A stretch of 24,411 nucleotides of DNA, taken from positions 1 to 24,411 of IMG/VR virus record IMGVR_UViG_3300031519_004513. The stretch is one strand, 5' to 3'. Shown here piece after piece: positions 24,266-24,411 of the stretch; position 1 is the first letter of the stretch; every line of letters starts with the position of its first letter. Origin of the DNA: a virus. Taxonomy: Duplodnaviria; Caudoviricetes. The position numbers were made by a program, and so were the translations under genes. The notes below the pieces were generated by a model that made no database searches, had not been told where the DNA came from, and saw only the letters and a list, made by a program, of their open reading frames with translations.

Positions 24266-24411
24266 TATTAGAGAATGGGTATTTGATTGTTGGAATAGTG
24301 TAATGGATAGCGAAAAGAATCCATTAAGTGTTATTCCGGACTTTAGTACACGCCATATGATTATGCAAGTGTTGGCATGGATGTGGTGTATTGCATTTGC
24401 TATAATTGTAG
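24258..24411 (+). CDS. Hypothetical membrane protein, partial
   Basis: CAGGAG SD; MSNIREWVFDCWNSVMD..QVLAWMWCIAFAIIV runs to the edge. Confidence 0.7.
   Translation, partial: MSNIREWVFDCWNSVMDSEKNPLSVIPDFSTRHMIMQVLAWMWCIAFAIIV

Overview
AT-rich, gene-dense segment of a large T4-like/jumbo-type tailed phage genome. The host is most likely a marine alphaproteobacterium (inferred from the Shemin-pathway ALA synthase and DUF1127-type small proteins). It carries metabolic genes (hemA-type ALAS, ybaN, prs, class 3 lipase, hemC, 2OG-Fe(II)-like oxygenase, nrdA, nrdB, glutaredoxin, csp, HAD phosphatase), a block of probable head/internal proteins under TAAATA late promoters, and two tail-type proteins. 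Best leads, most of them absent from the ORF track: (1) a canonical -1 frameshift signal (A_AAA_AAG, 6-nt spacer, hairpin) that would extend a scaffold-like protein into a start-less 99-codon ORF; (2) a regulatory cassette of LysR-type box, promoter, structured RNA leader and seven coupled micro-ORFs including DUF1127; (3) a protein with a ubiquitin-like N-terminal domain; (4) a tail-type protein with a DUF3494 ice-binding-like domain; (5) a PolX-like/ligase-like fusion protein. All family calls come from manual motif recognition; no searches were run.
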